64,000 nt of DNA from an uncultured delta proteobacterium (GTDB lineage: Bacteria > Desulfobacterota > WTBG01 > CAIYCZ01), in the NCBI GenBank assembly GCA_963803975.1, contig CAWDOY010000005.1, forward strand, positions 32,001-96,000. The letters run 5' to 3'. The notes under the pieces were generated by a model. That model ran no database searches, was not told the origin of the DNA, and saw only the letters and a program-made list of their open reading frames with translations. A program made the translations under genes and the position numbers. Below, one piece after another: positions 1 through 10,769 of the stretch (positions are counted from its first letter, which is position 1; the number at the start of each line of letters is the position of its first letter).

Positions 1-725
1 GGATCTGACGACTCTACTGCAATTTTAGCCCGGCTGCCCGGCTCCCTGGCAACACAGCGTATCTTTACAATCCCTTCGCTGACTTCCGGCACCTCCAACT
101 CAAACAGTTTGATAAGAAGCCCCGGATGGGTACGTGAAAGCAGAACCTGGGGGCCCTTGGTGCTCTTCCGCACCTCAACAATATAGGCCTTTACCCGCTC
201 TCTGAGGCTGAATGACTCTTTCGGTATCTGCTCCTGGACCGGCAAAATGGCCTCACTTTTACCCAGGGTCACTATCACATCTCCCTTCTCAAAGCGCTGT
301 ACTATGCCGGTAACCAGGTCGCCTTTTTTATCCTTGAATTCCTGAAATACATTTTCCCGCTCTGCTTCCCGTATGGTCTGCATGATTACCTGTTTGGCGG
401 TCTGGGCCGCTATTCTGCCAAACAGGGAAGTATCCATTTTTTCGCCCTGACTGTCACCCAGTTCAGCCTCAGGGTCTTTCTTCTTTGCCTCTTCAAGGGA
501 AACTTCTTTTCCCCGATTGCTCACGCTTTCCACTACTGTTCTAAAGCGGAACAGTTCAACTTCGCCCGACTCCTCGTTATAGGTTGCTTCTATCTCCGAG
601 TTTTGACCGCATTTGTTTTTTGCCACTTTGAGGAGGGCTTCTTCCAGCGCACTAATAATTACCTGCTTGTTAATACCCTTCTCTTTACCAAGCTCTTCTA
701 TGACTCTTCCTAATTCTGTAAACAT
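1..725 (-). CDS. nusA: Transcription termination/antitermination factor NusA (5' part, runs off the window edge)
   Basis: Manual translation from the ATG at 725: MFTELGRVIEELGKEKGINKQVIISALEEAL...GRIAAQTAKQVIMQTIREAER...LSRTHPG...REPGSRAKIAV. Lies directly downstream of rimP. Confidence 0.95.
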   Translation of the reverse strand, partial: MFTELGRVIEELGKEKGINKQVIISALEEALLKVAKNKCGQNSEIEATYNEESGEVELFRFRTVVESVSNRGKEVSLEEAKKKDPEAELGDSQGEKMDTSLFGRIAAQTAKQVIMQTIREAERENVFQEFKDKKGDLVTGIVQRFEKGDVIVTLGKSEAILPVQEQIPKESFSLRERVKAYIVEVRKSTKGPQVLLSRTHPGLLIKLFELEVPEVSEGIVKIRCVAREPGSRAKIAVESSD

Positions 726-882
726 TTCACTTCCCTTTTATTTAAAAGGCATTACTGACAATCTGTACCATGGCAGATGATACCGGTGTGCCGGGAGGAG
801 CATTATTGCTATTATGAGTCGGTAATATTATAATATTATAGTTGCCGACTATTAACATGTTCATTAATCGATACTACTTACC

Positions 883-1353
883 TTATAATGGAATATCTAA
901 GTTTGCCTTTTCTATTACGCCATAGGGAATAGTATATTCTTTTCCTTCAACCTCCACTAAGACAGTATCCTGCTGATAGCCCATGAGCTTTCCCTTGAAG
1001 GTCTTCCTGTTGTCTATCAAACAACTGGTTTTTATGGTAACGCACTCTCCGATATACCGTTTATAATCAGATTCTTTCTTCAGCGGTCTTCTTACTCCCG
1101 GTGATGAAACTTCTAACGTATAGGGATGGTGAATAATATCTTTCACGTCCAGCAGATCACTCACCTGCCGGCTTATGGTGCTGCAGTCATCGATTGTAAC
1201 CCCGTCTGATTTATCAATCAGAACCCGCAGCACCCATCCCAGTGATTCCCTTCTAAATTGCACCTCTACTAATTCCATCTGTTCATGCTTAAGGAGCGTT
1301 TCAACCAGATGGCTGATTTCCTGTATAACTGAATCCTGATTCTCAATCTTCAT
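883..1353 (-). CDS. rimP: Ribosome maturation factor RimP
   Basis: GVTIDDCSTISRQVSDLLDV...YTLEVSSPGVRRPL motif and the canonical position upstream of nusA. Confidence 0.95.
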   Translation of the reverse strand: MKIENQDSVIQEISHLVETLLKHEQMELVEVQFRRESLGWVLRVLIDKSDGVTIDDCSTISRQVSDLLDVKDIIHHPYTLEVSSPGVRRPLKKESDYKRYIGECVTIKTSCLIDNRKTFKGKLMGYQQDTVLVEVEGKEYTIPYGVIEKANLDIPL

Positions 1354-1373
1354 CGCGCAGATTTATGATTTAA

Positions 1374-1401
1374 TAAAAAAAGTGGGCAGAGCCCACTTTC
1401 C
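1374..1401 (-). promoter_or_regulatory. rimP leader hairpin with U-tract (putative attenuator or terminator)
   Basis: Minus strand reads GGAAAGTGGGCTCTGCCCACTTTTTTT about 20 nt upstream of the rimP start. Confidence 0.6.
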
Positions 1402-1475
1402 TTAAACCACAAGAATTAAGAATATAGCACAGGATTATAAGAATAAAAAGAAAATAATCCTGTGTTAATTACCCG

Positions 1476-1551
1476 TGGAGCGGGCAACGGGATTCGAACC
1501 CGCGACACCAAGCTTGGGAAGCTTGTACTCTACCAACTGAGCTATGCCCGC
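1476..1551 (-). tRNA. tRNA-Gly (anticodon CCC)
   Basis: Reverse complement GCGGGCATAGCTCAGTTGGTAGAGTACAAGCTTCCCAAGCTTGGTGTCGCGGGTTCGAATCCCGTTGCCCGCTCCA: 76 nt, cloverleaf, encoded CCA. Confidence 0.97.
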
Positions 1552-1746
1552 CTTTAAATAGAATTATACTTCGTGTTTGCAGGGTGTCAATCTTTTTTTA
1601 GCTCCTTAACCGCGCACACTACCCCCGGATGGTACTATGCATATTGTTAATTGCCCTTCCCTGCGCTATTCTTTTTTTCATATTTTTGTAAAAATATGCT
1701 ATAGGTACATGCTTGTTTTTCTACCATAGAACCAATAGGGACCATA

Positions 1747-2403
1747 ATGAAAACAAAAAAACAGAACAGGAAACTGCTGTCAGGCAGCTTTTTCCAGGGA
1801 ATAGTGAGCCGGGAAAATATAGAGGCCATTGTTATTGCTGTGGTACTGGCACTCTTTATAAGAACGTTTGTAGTCCAGGCATTTAAAATACCTTCCGGTT
1901 CCATGGAACCTACCCTGTTAATCGGGGATCACATCCTGGTAAATAAATTTATGTACGGTATTACCATCCCCTTCACTGAAAAAAAGATTTTTCAATTTAG
2001 AAAGCCCTCTCGTGGTGATGTAGTTGTTTTTATTTTCCCCGAGGACCCCAGCAAGGATTTCATCAAGCGGGTTATTGCGGTTGAAGGCGATCAACTTGCT
2101 ATTAAGGATAAAAAGATTTTTATTAATGCTCAGCCGGTCAATGACCCGTATGGTGTTTACCGGGACCCTTATATTATCCAGGGACGGGGGAGCGAAATGA
2201 ACCGCGACAATTTTGGACCGGTGACCGTTCCGCCCCATGCTCTCTTTGTCATGGGGGATAACCGGGATAAAAGCTATGACAGCCGCTTCTGGGGGTATGT
2301 AGATCTCAATAAGGTAAAGGGGAAAGCGTTTCTTATTTACTGGTCATGGGGTGGTCTTTTCCAGGACATACGCTGGAATCGTATCGGCAAGATTATTCAT
2401 TAA
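1747..2403 (+). CDS. lepB: Signal peptidase I
   Basis: IPSGSMEPTL (catalytic Ser), FIKRVIA (catalytic Lys), MGDNRDKSYDSRFWG. Confidence 0.95.
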   Translation: MKTKKQNRKLLSGSFFQGIVSRENIEAIVIAVVLALFIRTFVVQAFKIPSGSMEPTLLIGDHILVNKFMYGITIPFTEKKIFQFRKPSRGDVVVFIFPEDPSKDFIKRVIAVEGDQLAIKDKKIFINAQPVNDPYGVYRDPYIIQGRGSEMNRDNFGPVTVPPHALFVMGDNRDKSYDSRFWGYVDLNKVKGKAFLIYWSWGGLFQDIRWNRIGKIIH

Positions 2404-2458
2404 GCACCAGCACCTGGTGTGCAGATAAAAAATCTCATTGATGGCTATCAGTTTTGAA

Positions 2459-2508
2459 TATATAAAAAGGCAGGAGTTTAATAATGTGACCCCTGCCTTT
2501 TTTATATA
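2459..2508. terminator. Bidirectional intrinsic terminator between convergent lepB and pilY1-1
   Basis: Inverted repeat tatataaaaaggcagg...cctgccttttttatata with A/T tracts on both sides. Confidence 0.75.
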
Positions 2509-2580
2509 CATGTAACCCACACATCTTTTGACAGTATGAAGGACTCTGCAGCCAGGTCAGAATTCCCTGATATGCCGGGT

Positions 2581-5500
2581 CTATTTTCCTTCTTTCCAAT
2601 ACTGCGTACCGCTTTTTACGGCAATCGCCGGCGTCACATCAATCTGCACTATTTGCCCGGTGCTTAATTGACTGATGACCGTTCCGGTCTGGCCTTCCTT
2701 CTTGCCCACATGAATGGCTGGACTCGATGCAAGGCCGGCACCCATATCCTGAGTAAACTTAATTTCTGCCGAGTTATCCTGATTTTTGAAAACCGGTTTT
2801 TTGTATGCAGTACCTGTTATATAATAAAGACCATATAAACGGCTGTTTCCTCCTGACAGGCAGAGATTTGAATCAGGGGTAAAAGTGGGAAACAGTGCAA
2901 TCCCGCCAAAGGCAGCAGGTTTATTGACCACGCGCTCGGAAGGGCTGCCTGTGGTTACCGCAAGTCTCCGGTACCAGCCCTGATAGATCTCAACGCCCTG
3001 ATTATCTTTTTTCTGCACGCCTTCTTTCACAAAGTTATCAAAGGTTTTTCCTCTCAGCACATCGGAGGTGTTTGCGGTGTCAATGGTGCTGTCTGCTTTA
3101 ACCGCGTAGGACGTAGCATCAAAGAGATCTGCAATGCCTATGGTACAGCCGGAAGGATTATAATTATGCAGGCAGGACGGAAGCTGCGCGTCACCCTCAG
3201 CTTTGCCCCGCGAGTTATAAAAAGGATCCTTTAGGCCGAACAGGTAATTTTGATTTTCATCGGTCTTGTCTGCTGTTGTTATATATCTTCCGGTACCAAG
3301 AAAAATCCATGCATTGTCTTTATTGTCAACGCTCACGGTAAAGGGGGCGGAGAAATATCCCGGCTGCGGCAAATCAGAAAAATCTGCCAGCGGCACCCAC
3401 TTCCAGTTCGCCGGTTGATCATCGTATGCTAACGGATCATAGACACTATTCGTTTGCTGTGGAATCGCAATTTTGTATACTTTTGCTTTCCAGTTTGACG
3501 GAGACCCCCCCTTATATGATTCTCCCACATAGATAGCGGCCACGCTGTAATTCATGTTTTTATCAAGAGCAATTGGTGAATTCATAACCGCGTTGTTTTC
3601 GCTTGTTTCAAGACCGGAGGGAAAGGTCCGCAGCAGAGTGCCGCTCGCCAGATCAGCGATATACACCCGGCCGGGATTGGTGCTGGTGCCGTCATAATCA
3701 GTGGGGCCGGAAGTTGCGACAAGGAACCACGCATCATTGACCTTGACAATACAGGGGGTGTTCGTGCTGTACCCCATGCCGCTGAAGCTCTTTTCCCAGA
3801 GCAGGGTCGGCAGCTGTGACGGGTCGGTTATGTCAAGAACCACATAGCTTGAGGAAAACGATTTAGCCCCTCCGGAGAAAGCGGCATCAGTCACGGTAAC
3901 TGCCGGTCCGCCCATGTTCATGCCGCAGATGAGAAGCGTTCCCCAGCCATTGGGATGGGTTGCATCGGGAGTAAATATTTTCGCATCAACCACCTTGGGT
4001 TTTAAATCCACATAGCTTAAATGGCTGTAGCTCGTCGATGCCAGCCACTTCAGGTGCGGCAGCAGGCACTGAGGAACATAGGCCCACAGTTCCTCTCCGA
4101 TACCAACGGTCGAACCTGATTCAAACTTCTTTTCCTCTACATTGTATTGCCCGGCACTGAACGCATGGATCATGCCGTCATTGGCCCCGACATAGACCAC
4201 GGTCTCGCGGTTCTTGTAGGCATCATAAAACTGCTTATACGAAGTCATCGTCGTAGAGCAGCCCGTACAGCTCCACTGGTTTTGATATGGATACCGGTGT
4301 GGAATAAACAATATCACCAAGCACCCAGGAGTGGGTCTCTCCATCTATGGTTATATTCCGCTTGCGCAGCGTCGGACTCCCCGCATAGAGCGTAGAGTTG
4401 TCATCAGCGCCGCGGATAAAATTAATGATATTTGCCGCCCGGTTATTCTGCGTTGCGCCCAGTTTTTCGTAGACCGCATCGCTCGTAACCTCAAAATACG
4501 GCTTCAGCGTGTCTGCATTATCCGCGGTAAAAGGTATAACACTATCCGCGTAGGTATAAATCCTTCGGTCTGCGGGATCTCCCGCCCACAGCTTTTTCCC
4601 TGCCTCCCATACCGACTGTATGTTATCTAATGCAATGTATTCTGGCGTAGTGTTTTTGTCATAGGGGTGCATGGTGTCAACCGGATAGCGTTTTACCTTT
4701 GTATCTCCGGTATCGGGGTCCTGAAAGTATTCGATAATTTTATCTTCTGTGACATTCAGCTTGTAGTCGTGAACCGTGTCCTCGCGAATATTGCCATAGG
4801 CGTCTACCCACAGACACTGCAGATATCCGGCCCAGGTAATATCATGGAGGCCGGTTTCATCCGTAACCTTTGGCTTGAAATAGGCCTGTATCAGGGTTCC
4901 CTCCCCTTCTCCCTTGGTTGCAAGAACCGATACCGCAGACCCTGAAGCTGCTTTTCTAAGTATCGCGGAGAAGGACTTATTGAGCTGTTCTTCAAGCCTC
5001 AGCGGGTTTTGGACGTAAAAATAGTTGTCAGGCACCCCGTCATTATCAGTATCCCATTCCCGGGGATCATCGGGGATGTTGTTGTTATTAATATCCTCAA
5101 ATCCGCCCCACTTCGCTGCGTACCAGAGGGGGTTCTGCAGCAGTGATGCGCCCGAGGTTGTGCCCGAGGTAAATGTTATTGAGTTGGTTAACGGTAATGC
5201 TGCGCCCGCATGCTGCGGGGTGTCGAGGTAATAATTGACATCAGAGCCTTCCGCAGTATCCATGTCACGTACCACCAGATAGGTTCCGTCTGCGGTAGTT
5301 CCGGATATGATATAGCCCATGTGCTGTATAATACAACCGGCAGCATATTCTGATGAATCAACCGTTATCATTACCGTGTTACCCACCACCTGGTACTCAT
5401 AGAACGCTATCGCATCCATATCGTGATCCGCGCCCTGCTCCACGTCTTCATAGTTGATGCGGAACCGGCCGTAGCCGGGGGTGAGCGCTTCTACATAAAA

Positions 5501-7779
5501 GTCAACGATCTGATTTGTGGGCTGAAACGCCCCCTGGGTACCGTCAATCCCGTAGCACCCGCCCACTGATTTGGCAAACGGCACCATGGTCACGGTTGTA
5601 TCTCCTACCGGAATTTCAATCCGCGGCAGCGGTGAAGAGAGCGCTACGGCAAAGGTTGATATTTTCTGCGCGTTTTGCGCGGTCGTATTCACATCATTTA
5701 TATGTCCGAAATATGCCACTGATGCGGAATAAAAACTCCCCTGTTTGGTCGGTTCCTCCGGGCACTGCCCGCGGACACTGCCAAAACCGGTTACACTCTT
5801 TGGCGTGCAGGCTCCATCATACGTTGAGCCGGCCTGCCCGATGTAAAATGACCCGCTCACCCCCTCCTCCGTGCTGATGGTATTGGCTAACGTTGCTGCG
5901 TCCAGCCCGGTCACGTCCCCTGAAAAAGAGCCGAAGGCAGTCCCCGGCACCTGGTTGGAATCATAGTTCGGAATGACGTCACTCAGAACCAGCATGAAGG
6001 GTTTTGCGCAGTAGCTGAAACCATCGGTGGTATTATACGGGTTTTTCCATGTTGCCTTTGGCAGGCCCAGGGTGCTGTCATCAGTTGTGCCGGAATAATC
6101 AAAGACCTGATGTCGGCGCGGCTTTACCGGCAAAATAGCGCAGCGCCTCATACATCATCTCGCCGATGGGGTTGCCCCACATCCGGCATTCTCCTTCATT
6201 TAGCGTACGGGTGGTAATCCATCCGCAGTTCTGATTATAGGAATAGTCCCCGTAGTTAAACCCGACGATCCGCAGCTTGTTCAGCGTGCTGATAATACCG
6301 TTCACCGAGGTGAATTTACCGGTATTCGAATCAATCTCATCCTTAATTGACCCGATGTTTTTCCGCAGCACCCCGCCTGATTCATTTTTCGCATAGGTGC
6401 CGGTGACAAGGCCGAAATACATGCGGTCTGATTCACCGTAGCGCTGCAGCAGCCCGGTCGGCTTATACCCATTGGAGGGATATTTCTTGCAGTTGGATTC
6501 GGGCATGGAGTCAACGCCCACCTTTACCCGCACTACATAGTCAGTCATGGCGGATGTCGGTGTGGTCTTCTGCCAGTAGAGATAGTAGTTGTCACCTCCG
6601 GTCTTTTCCTGGTGACGGAAGGTAATGGCGTGCGTACCAGCAGAGAGGGAAATGCTGCCGCTGTGCGTGGTGCACGAACACTTTCCATGAGCACCATACC
6701 ATGACGCAACGACGGTTCCGTCAATAATCAGTTCTACCGCATCATCACCATCTACGGCAAAGGTCCAGGTGCCGGTTGTGGGCACGACGATGTTTCCCTG
6801 AAAAATGGTCAAATAATAATCCTGCTGAGCATTAAAAGGGTTTCCCGTGCCGTTTATGTAGCCTACAGAGCCAGTGCCGAACCGATTCGCAACAGTGGCA
6901 TAATTATTAACCAGTGTTTCAAAATCTGCATTATTTGCCGGAAAGGATGTATAGCCGGTCGTATTATACGTGGCCCTGGTCAGGTTTTGAAACGCGCTCT
7001 GCGGCACTATCTCCCACGTGGTACCGCCGGCATGAGCACAATTAGGCCCTGATCCGCCATTGAGGCATTTGGTGCCTGCCACCGGCCGCTCGATTGATAC
7101 CCACTCCCAGATCCGGTAACTGCTGTTGTCCAGCACGCGCAAAAGCGGGTTGCCGTTATCACTCAAGCGTGGTGCTGGCAAACAAATGCCGGGTGCCGGC
7201 AGCAGGAAGAGCCAGCGGCGTGTACTCCCTGATATCATACCCGTCACGCGCTATACTCTCATATTCTTTTCCCCATGAATGGGCATCCTGGGGGATGTAT
7301 GCCCGCTGCAGGACTGTTTCCGTATCCGTGTCCGTCGAGCGGTATCCGCCGTAGAGCACCTTTCTCAGGCAATCCATGCGCGACATGGTCAGGTAATTGA
7401 GAAAATCGCCGCTCCAGTGTCCTGAGCATTTTTTATTGCTGGTCGTGGCTACCGGCTCGAAACGGCTGTTAGCGCTGCTGTAGTCATAGCACTTATAGCT
7501 ATCAAAATAGCCGTAGTAGTCAATGGCGGGGTTATACCCGACATCCAGAACGCCGTCGCCGTTAAGGTCAGAGGCATCATTGTATGCTTCATAATAGAGC
7601 TTGTGATCCCGCTCCATGACCAGCATCACCAGCGGCGGCACTTCCCCGTTTAAAAAAAGAGGCGCCGGCTGATTCGGCTGCGTATCACCGCACAAGCCGT
7701 TTACACAGGACAGGCTGATAAGCATAACAATAACAGCACAATTTAACACAACTCTGTTTTTTTTCATCTTACACCTCAT
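2581..7779 (-). CDS. pilY1: PilY1/PilC-type pilus tip adhesin, copy 1 (PA14 domain, Ca-binding DxDxDG loops, C-terminal beta-propeller). Split by 3 apparent +1 frameshifts (~7165, ~6105, ~4242).
   Basis: ORFs 7159-7779, 6099-7247, 4235-6151 and 2581-4344 join colinearly against the paralog at 10770-15969. Signal peptide, VYVGANDGMIHAF, ELWAYVP, GWGTLLICGM. Follows pilX. Confidence 0.88.
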
Positions 7780-7797
7780 AAATTTTCCACGGCGGAA

Positions 7798-8454
7798 TTA
7801 CCGCGGCACATAGCGAAAGCCAAGAAATATCTCGGATTGGGGAACATGCGGATTTATAGTATTATCCGCCAGGCGCAGAGTCCTTGCGGGCAACGTTCCG
7901 ATGCAGTCCATATTATATATTACCTTGTGCGAGGACACGCCCGCTCCTTCGGCACCCGAGCCGAACTCTGCCCCGCTTCCGGCAATATGGCGGACATCGA
8001 CTTTATCGACATCCACATCACCATTAAACTGGTTTGTTAATCTTATTGACACATCGGGGACTGCGTCTTCCACCGTGTCATTCTGATAATCCTTCTTCCA
8101 GGTACTGCCGGGCCAGGGATTCACGTCTTTTGCTTCCAATAAAAATGCCCCGTCGTTTATTTGTATGTAGCCATGTAAACCAAGGTCTGCAAATTTCTCA
8201 TTATCTGACCATGTACCATAGGCATCCTTTTCCAGCAGTGCCTCAGCAGCTGCTGCAGAACCTGCTTCAGCCTGATAAAACGTCTCCTTATGAACCCGTT
8301 CATTGCCCGCAATATCCAGCTCAATGGTGCTGGTTGACATGGCAGCCATGCCGATCATGGTGCAGATCGTTAACATAAAAAGGGCCAATACCAATACAAA
8401 GCCTTGTTCATTGTTATCCGATGATATGGTATGTTTCATACAAACATTCCTCAT
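7798..8454 (-). CDS. pilX: Type IV minor pilin PilX-like, copy 1
   Basis: QG|FVLVLALFML (no Glu5), IAGNER...FYQAEAG PilX N-terminal motif. Confidence 0.85.
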   Translation of the reverse strand: MRNVCMKHTISSDNNEQGFVLVLALFMLTICTMIGMAAMSTSTIELDIAGNERVHKETFYQAEAGSAAAAEALLEKDAYGTWSDNEKFADLGLHGYIQINDGAFLLEAKDVNPWPGSTWKKDYQNDTVEDAVPDVSIRLTNQFNGDVDVDKVDVRHIAGSGAEFGSGAEGAGVSSHKVIYNMDCIGTLPARTLRLADNTINPHVPQSEIFLGFRYVPR

Positions 8455-8476
8455 GCTTTTTAGCGTTAATCCTGCC

Positions 8477-8993
8477 CTATCTGTGCGGCGACACCATAAA
8501 CCGCAGTGAGAGCGGCTTGGTAATGGAGCTCTGATTATCTGCCTTTTCCAAACGGGCGATTGTTACCGTGGTTTCTATTTCCACCGTGGTAGTGTTTTCA
8601 ACGCGGAGAGTTGGCGGTTATACGCCATCTGGTGTTACACCCCCGGCCTATTGCATTCGGCAACTGTGCCTGCGAAAAAGTACCTAACCCCCATTCCTGG
8701 AACTTTTCAATTACTGTTTCGTTGCTGTCCGGCAGCTGACGCTCCGTAGGCTGCGTGTCCAGAACATTTGCGTCAAGGGCCGCGACCTTGTCATAGGGCT
8801 GATTCATAAGCCATTCCATCCAGGCTTCACCGAGGGTGCTTCCTGCCGTATATCTTCCGGCTGATACATTGTACTGTATGGCCTTGGTCTGCATCGCCGC
8901 AACACCAAGCAGGCCCACCACCAGCACGACTATGGCGATCATCACCTCCATAATGGAAAACCCCGTTTCATTGTCTCTTGCCAGTATCTTCAT
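8477..8993 (-). CDS. pilV: Type IV minor pilin PilV-like, copy 1. Apparent +1 frameshift near 8603.
   Basis: TG|FSIMEVMIAIVVLVVGLLGVAAMQ. Removing one base gives ...ANSPVENTTTVEIET...LRFMVSPHR*, matching the copy 2 C-terminus. Confidence 0.82.
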
Positions 8994-9000
8994 GGTTGCG

Positions 9001-9750
9001 TTACTCCACTCCTATGTTCCGGCATTTAATCTGGGTTATTAATAACCGTCGCTGATACGGGTCATTAAACGGTCCCCATACTTTTTTCCCAACCCCTGTT
9101 TCGTGGTCTGGATTTGAAGCGGGGAAATAGGTTGACGTGTCGGTATATCCTTTTATCTGCTCGCCGGTTCTCACCAGCAGGGAAACATCCATGGTGCGTA
9201 TTTCTGAAGGGCTGGCAGGGCTGGCGGTAATGGTGCCGTCAGCAAGATGATATAATAACTCTATGGCATCCACATTATCAGCCACGGACTCAAGTCCGCT
9301 GTTGTCTGGCGGGATACCGGTCTCTCTGCCTAAATGGCAGGGTAAGCCGTTTGTCAGGCCATCCCGGCTGGAATCATTAATGCTGTTGCTGCCATCATTG
9401 GTTAACGCATACCGGATGTATTCAGTATTTTGAATCACCCCATCTTCATTATCATCATACGCAAACCTGCATTCCGCAACCCGCGCTATATTATTGCTGT
9501 CGAGCGTTGCCTCGGCCCGTTCGCTGGGGTCAAACCCTGCCTTTTTTAAATCCCGCGTGATGAAAAACAGTGCTGCCCGGAGATTCTGCTGCATGTCAGC
9601 CACCTGCTCCTGGGTAAGATAGGAGTTCTGCTGCTGTTGATAGGTGGCATACATCGCCGCAGAAACGATACCAAAAATAGCGATGGCAATCATCAGCTCA
9701 ACCAGGGTAAAACCTGCGTTGTTAAATTTTTTTAAAACTCCTGTTCTCAT
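9001..9750 (-). CDS. pilW: Type IV minor pilin PilW-like, copy 1
   Basis: AG|FTLVELMIAIAI...QEQVADMQQNLRAAL...DLKKAGFDP, C-terminal IKCRN. Confidence 0.85.
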   Translation of the reverse strand: MRTGVLKKFNNAGFTLVELMIAIAIFGIVSAAMYATYQQQQNSYLTQEQVADMQQNLRAALFFITRDLKKAGFDPSERAEATLDSNNIARVAECRFAYDDNEDGVIQNTEYIRYALTNDGSNSINDSSRDGLTNGLPCHLGRETGIPPDNSGLESVADNVDAIELLYHLADGTITASPASPSEIRTMDVSLLVRTGEQIKGYTDTSTYFPASNPDHETGVGKKVWGPFNDPYQRRLLITQIKCRNIGVE

Positions 9751-9804
9751 ATGGTATCCGCCTCTTGCTGAATGGGTTGTCAGCCCTTCATGCGCATGGT
9801 TATC

Positions 9805-10299
9805 TTATTTCCACTCTGACTGGGCCCACTGTTTTAAAACAATCCTTCCTGAAGCCAGAGCGCCGATGGCAAATGTCTCGTTTTTACTGTTCTGAAGATA
9901 CACGTAGCCCGGCGTGCTCAATCCCTGCGTGTTGATCGTCGCCCTGTCGTCGGCAAAGGAAATACCGTCCGATGGTATGGGGGCCCCTGTTTCTGCCGCA
10001 GTGACCGATGCCCTGCCGTGTCCAAAGGTAATGCCATCGGCCAGGGCTATGGGCTTGTCATTGCCTATGGTGTAGGTCCTGCCTGCGATGTTGAACTGTA
10101 CCATGATGTCCCGGTTCTGTTTTACCGCAGTTGATCGTGCCCTGCGGATGTTTGAGCACAGGTCTGCTGCAGAGTTGCGTAAGCGGTAGCTGGGAAGTGC
10201 GGTTACGACATTGGGCACGGCAACTAACCCCAGTATTCCCATGATGGTGACGACAACCATAAGTTCAGTCAAAGAAAAACCTTTTTGTTTTGTAATCAT
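9805..10299 (-). CDS. fimU: FimU/FimT/GspH-family minor pilin, copy 1
   Basis: KG|FSLTELMVVV...RLRNSAADLCSNIRRARSTAVKQNR. Confidence 0.82.
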   Translation of the reverse strand: MITKQKGFSLTELMVVVTIMGILGLVAVPNVVTALPSYRLRNSAADLCSNIRRARSTAVKQNRDIMVQFNIAGRTYTIGNDKPIALADGITFGHGRASVTAAETGAPIPSDGISFADDRATINTQGLSTPGYVYLQNSKNETFAIGALASGRIVLKQWAQSEWK

Positions 10300-10341
10300 T
10301 GCTTATCACCTCATCCTGGTTTCATCCTGTACCTACCCTAT

Positions 10342-10357
10342 CGCACAAACCATTCCA
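10342..10357 (-). promoter_or_regulatory. Putative sigma54 (-24/-12) promoter of minor pilin cassette 1
   Basis: Minus strand TGGAATGGTTTGTGCG (GG-N10-GC), GC ends 44 nt upstream of the fimU-1 start. Same element and spacing in cassette 2. Confidence 0.6.
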
Positions 10358-10668
10358 TGCTACGACCATCACCCGGAAGAGCTGCTAAAATTAACGAAAC
10401 TATTCGATTTTAGATGCATTTTTGTTTCGCCAGTATGATTTTTATTGTTAAACATCGGGCCCCCAATTAATTAACTTTATTAAATAATTTATTAATTATT
10501 GTCCTTATTCATACCCGGTTACTCTTCAGTGTAAATGCTGGTAGATGCTCTGTTGAAGAGTGCTATACGAGAAGGGAACTATAGTGCGGGCAACAAACGG
10601 AGAATACGTCCTTCTGCAAGTAAAAACAGCTATGGCAGCGCCATGCAGAGATTGATCAGAAAAATAAT

Positions 10669-10717
10669 AAAAAAGCCCTCTGCTGTGTTACCTGAAGCTA
10701 TTACACAGCGGAGGGCT
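10669..10717 (-). terminator. Intrinsic terminator downstream of pilY1-2
   Basis: Stem agccctctgctgtgt...acacagcggagggct followed by a U-tract on the minus strand. Confidence 0.65.
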
Positions 10718-10769
10718 ATAGAATAAAGACCTGATGATTGGTTGTCAGGTATGCGGGCACATCGATCCG

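Noticed and set aside
1476..1551. tRNA-Gly as a genomic island integration site
   Set aside because: It is flanked by housekeeping rimP and lepB. I found no integrase and no duplicated tRNA 3' end.
2581..7779. Programmed frameshifting or phase variation of pilY1-1
   Set aside because: The shifts are not in long homopolymers or slippery repeats, and similar indels hit unrelated metabolic genes.
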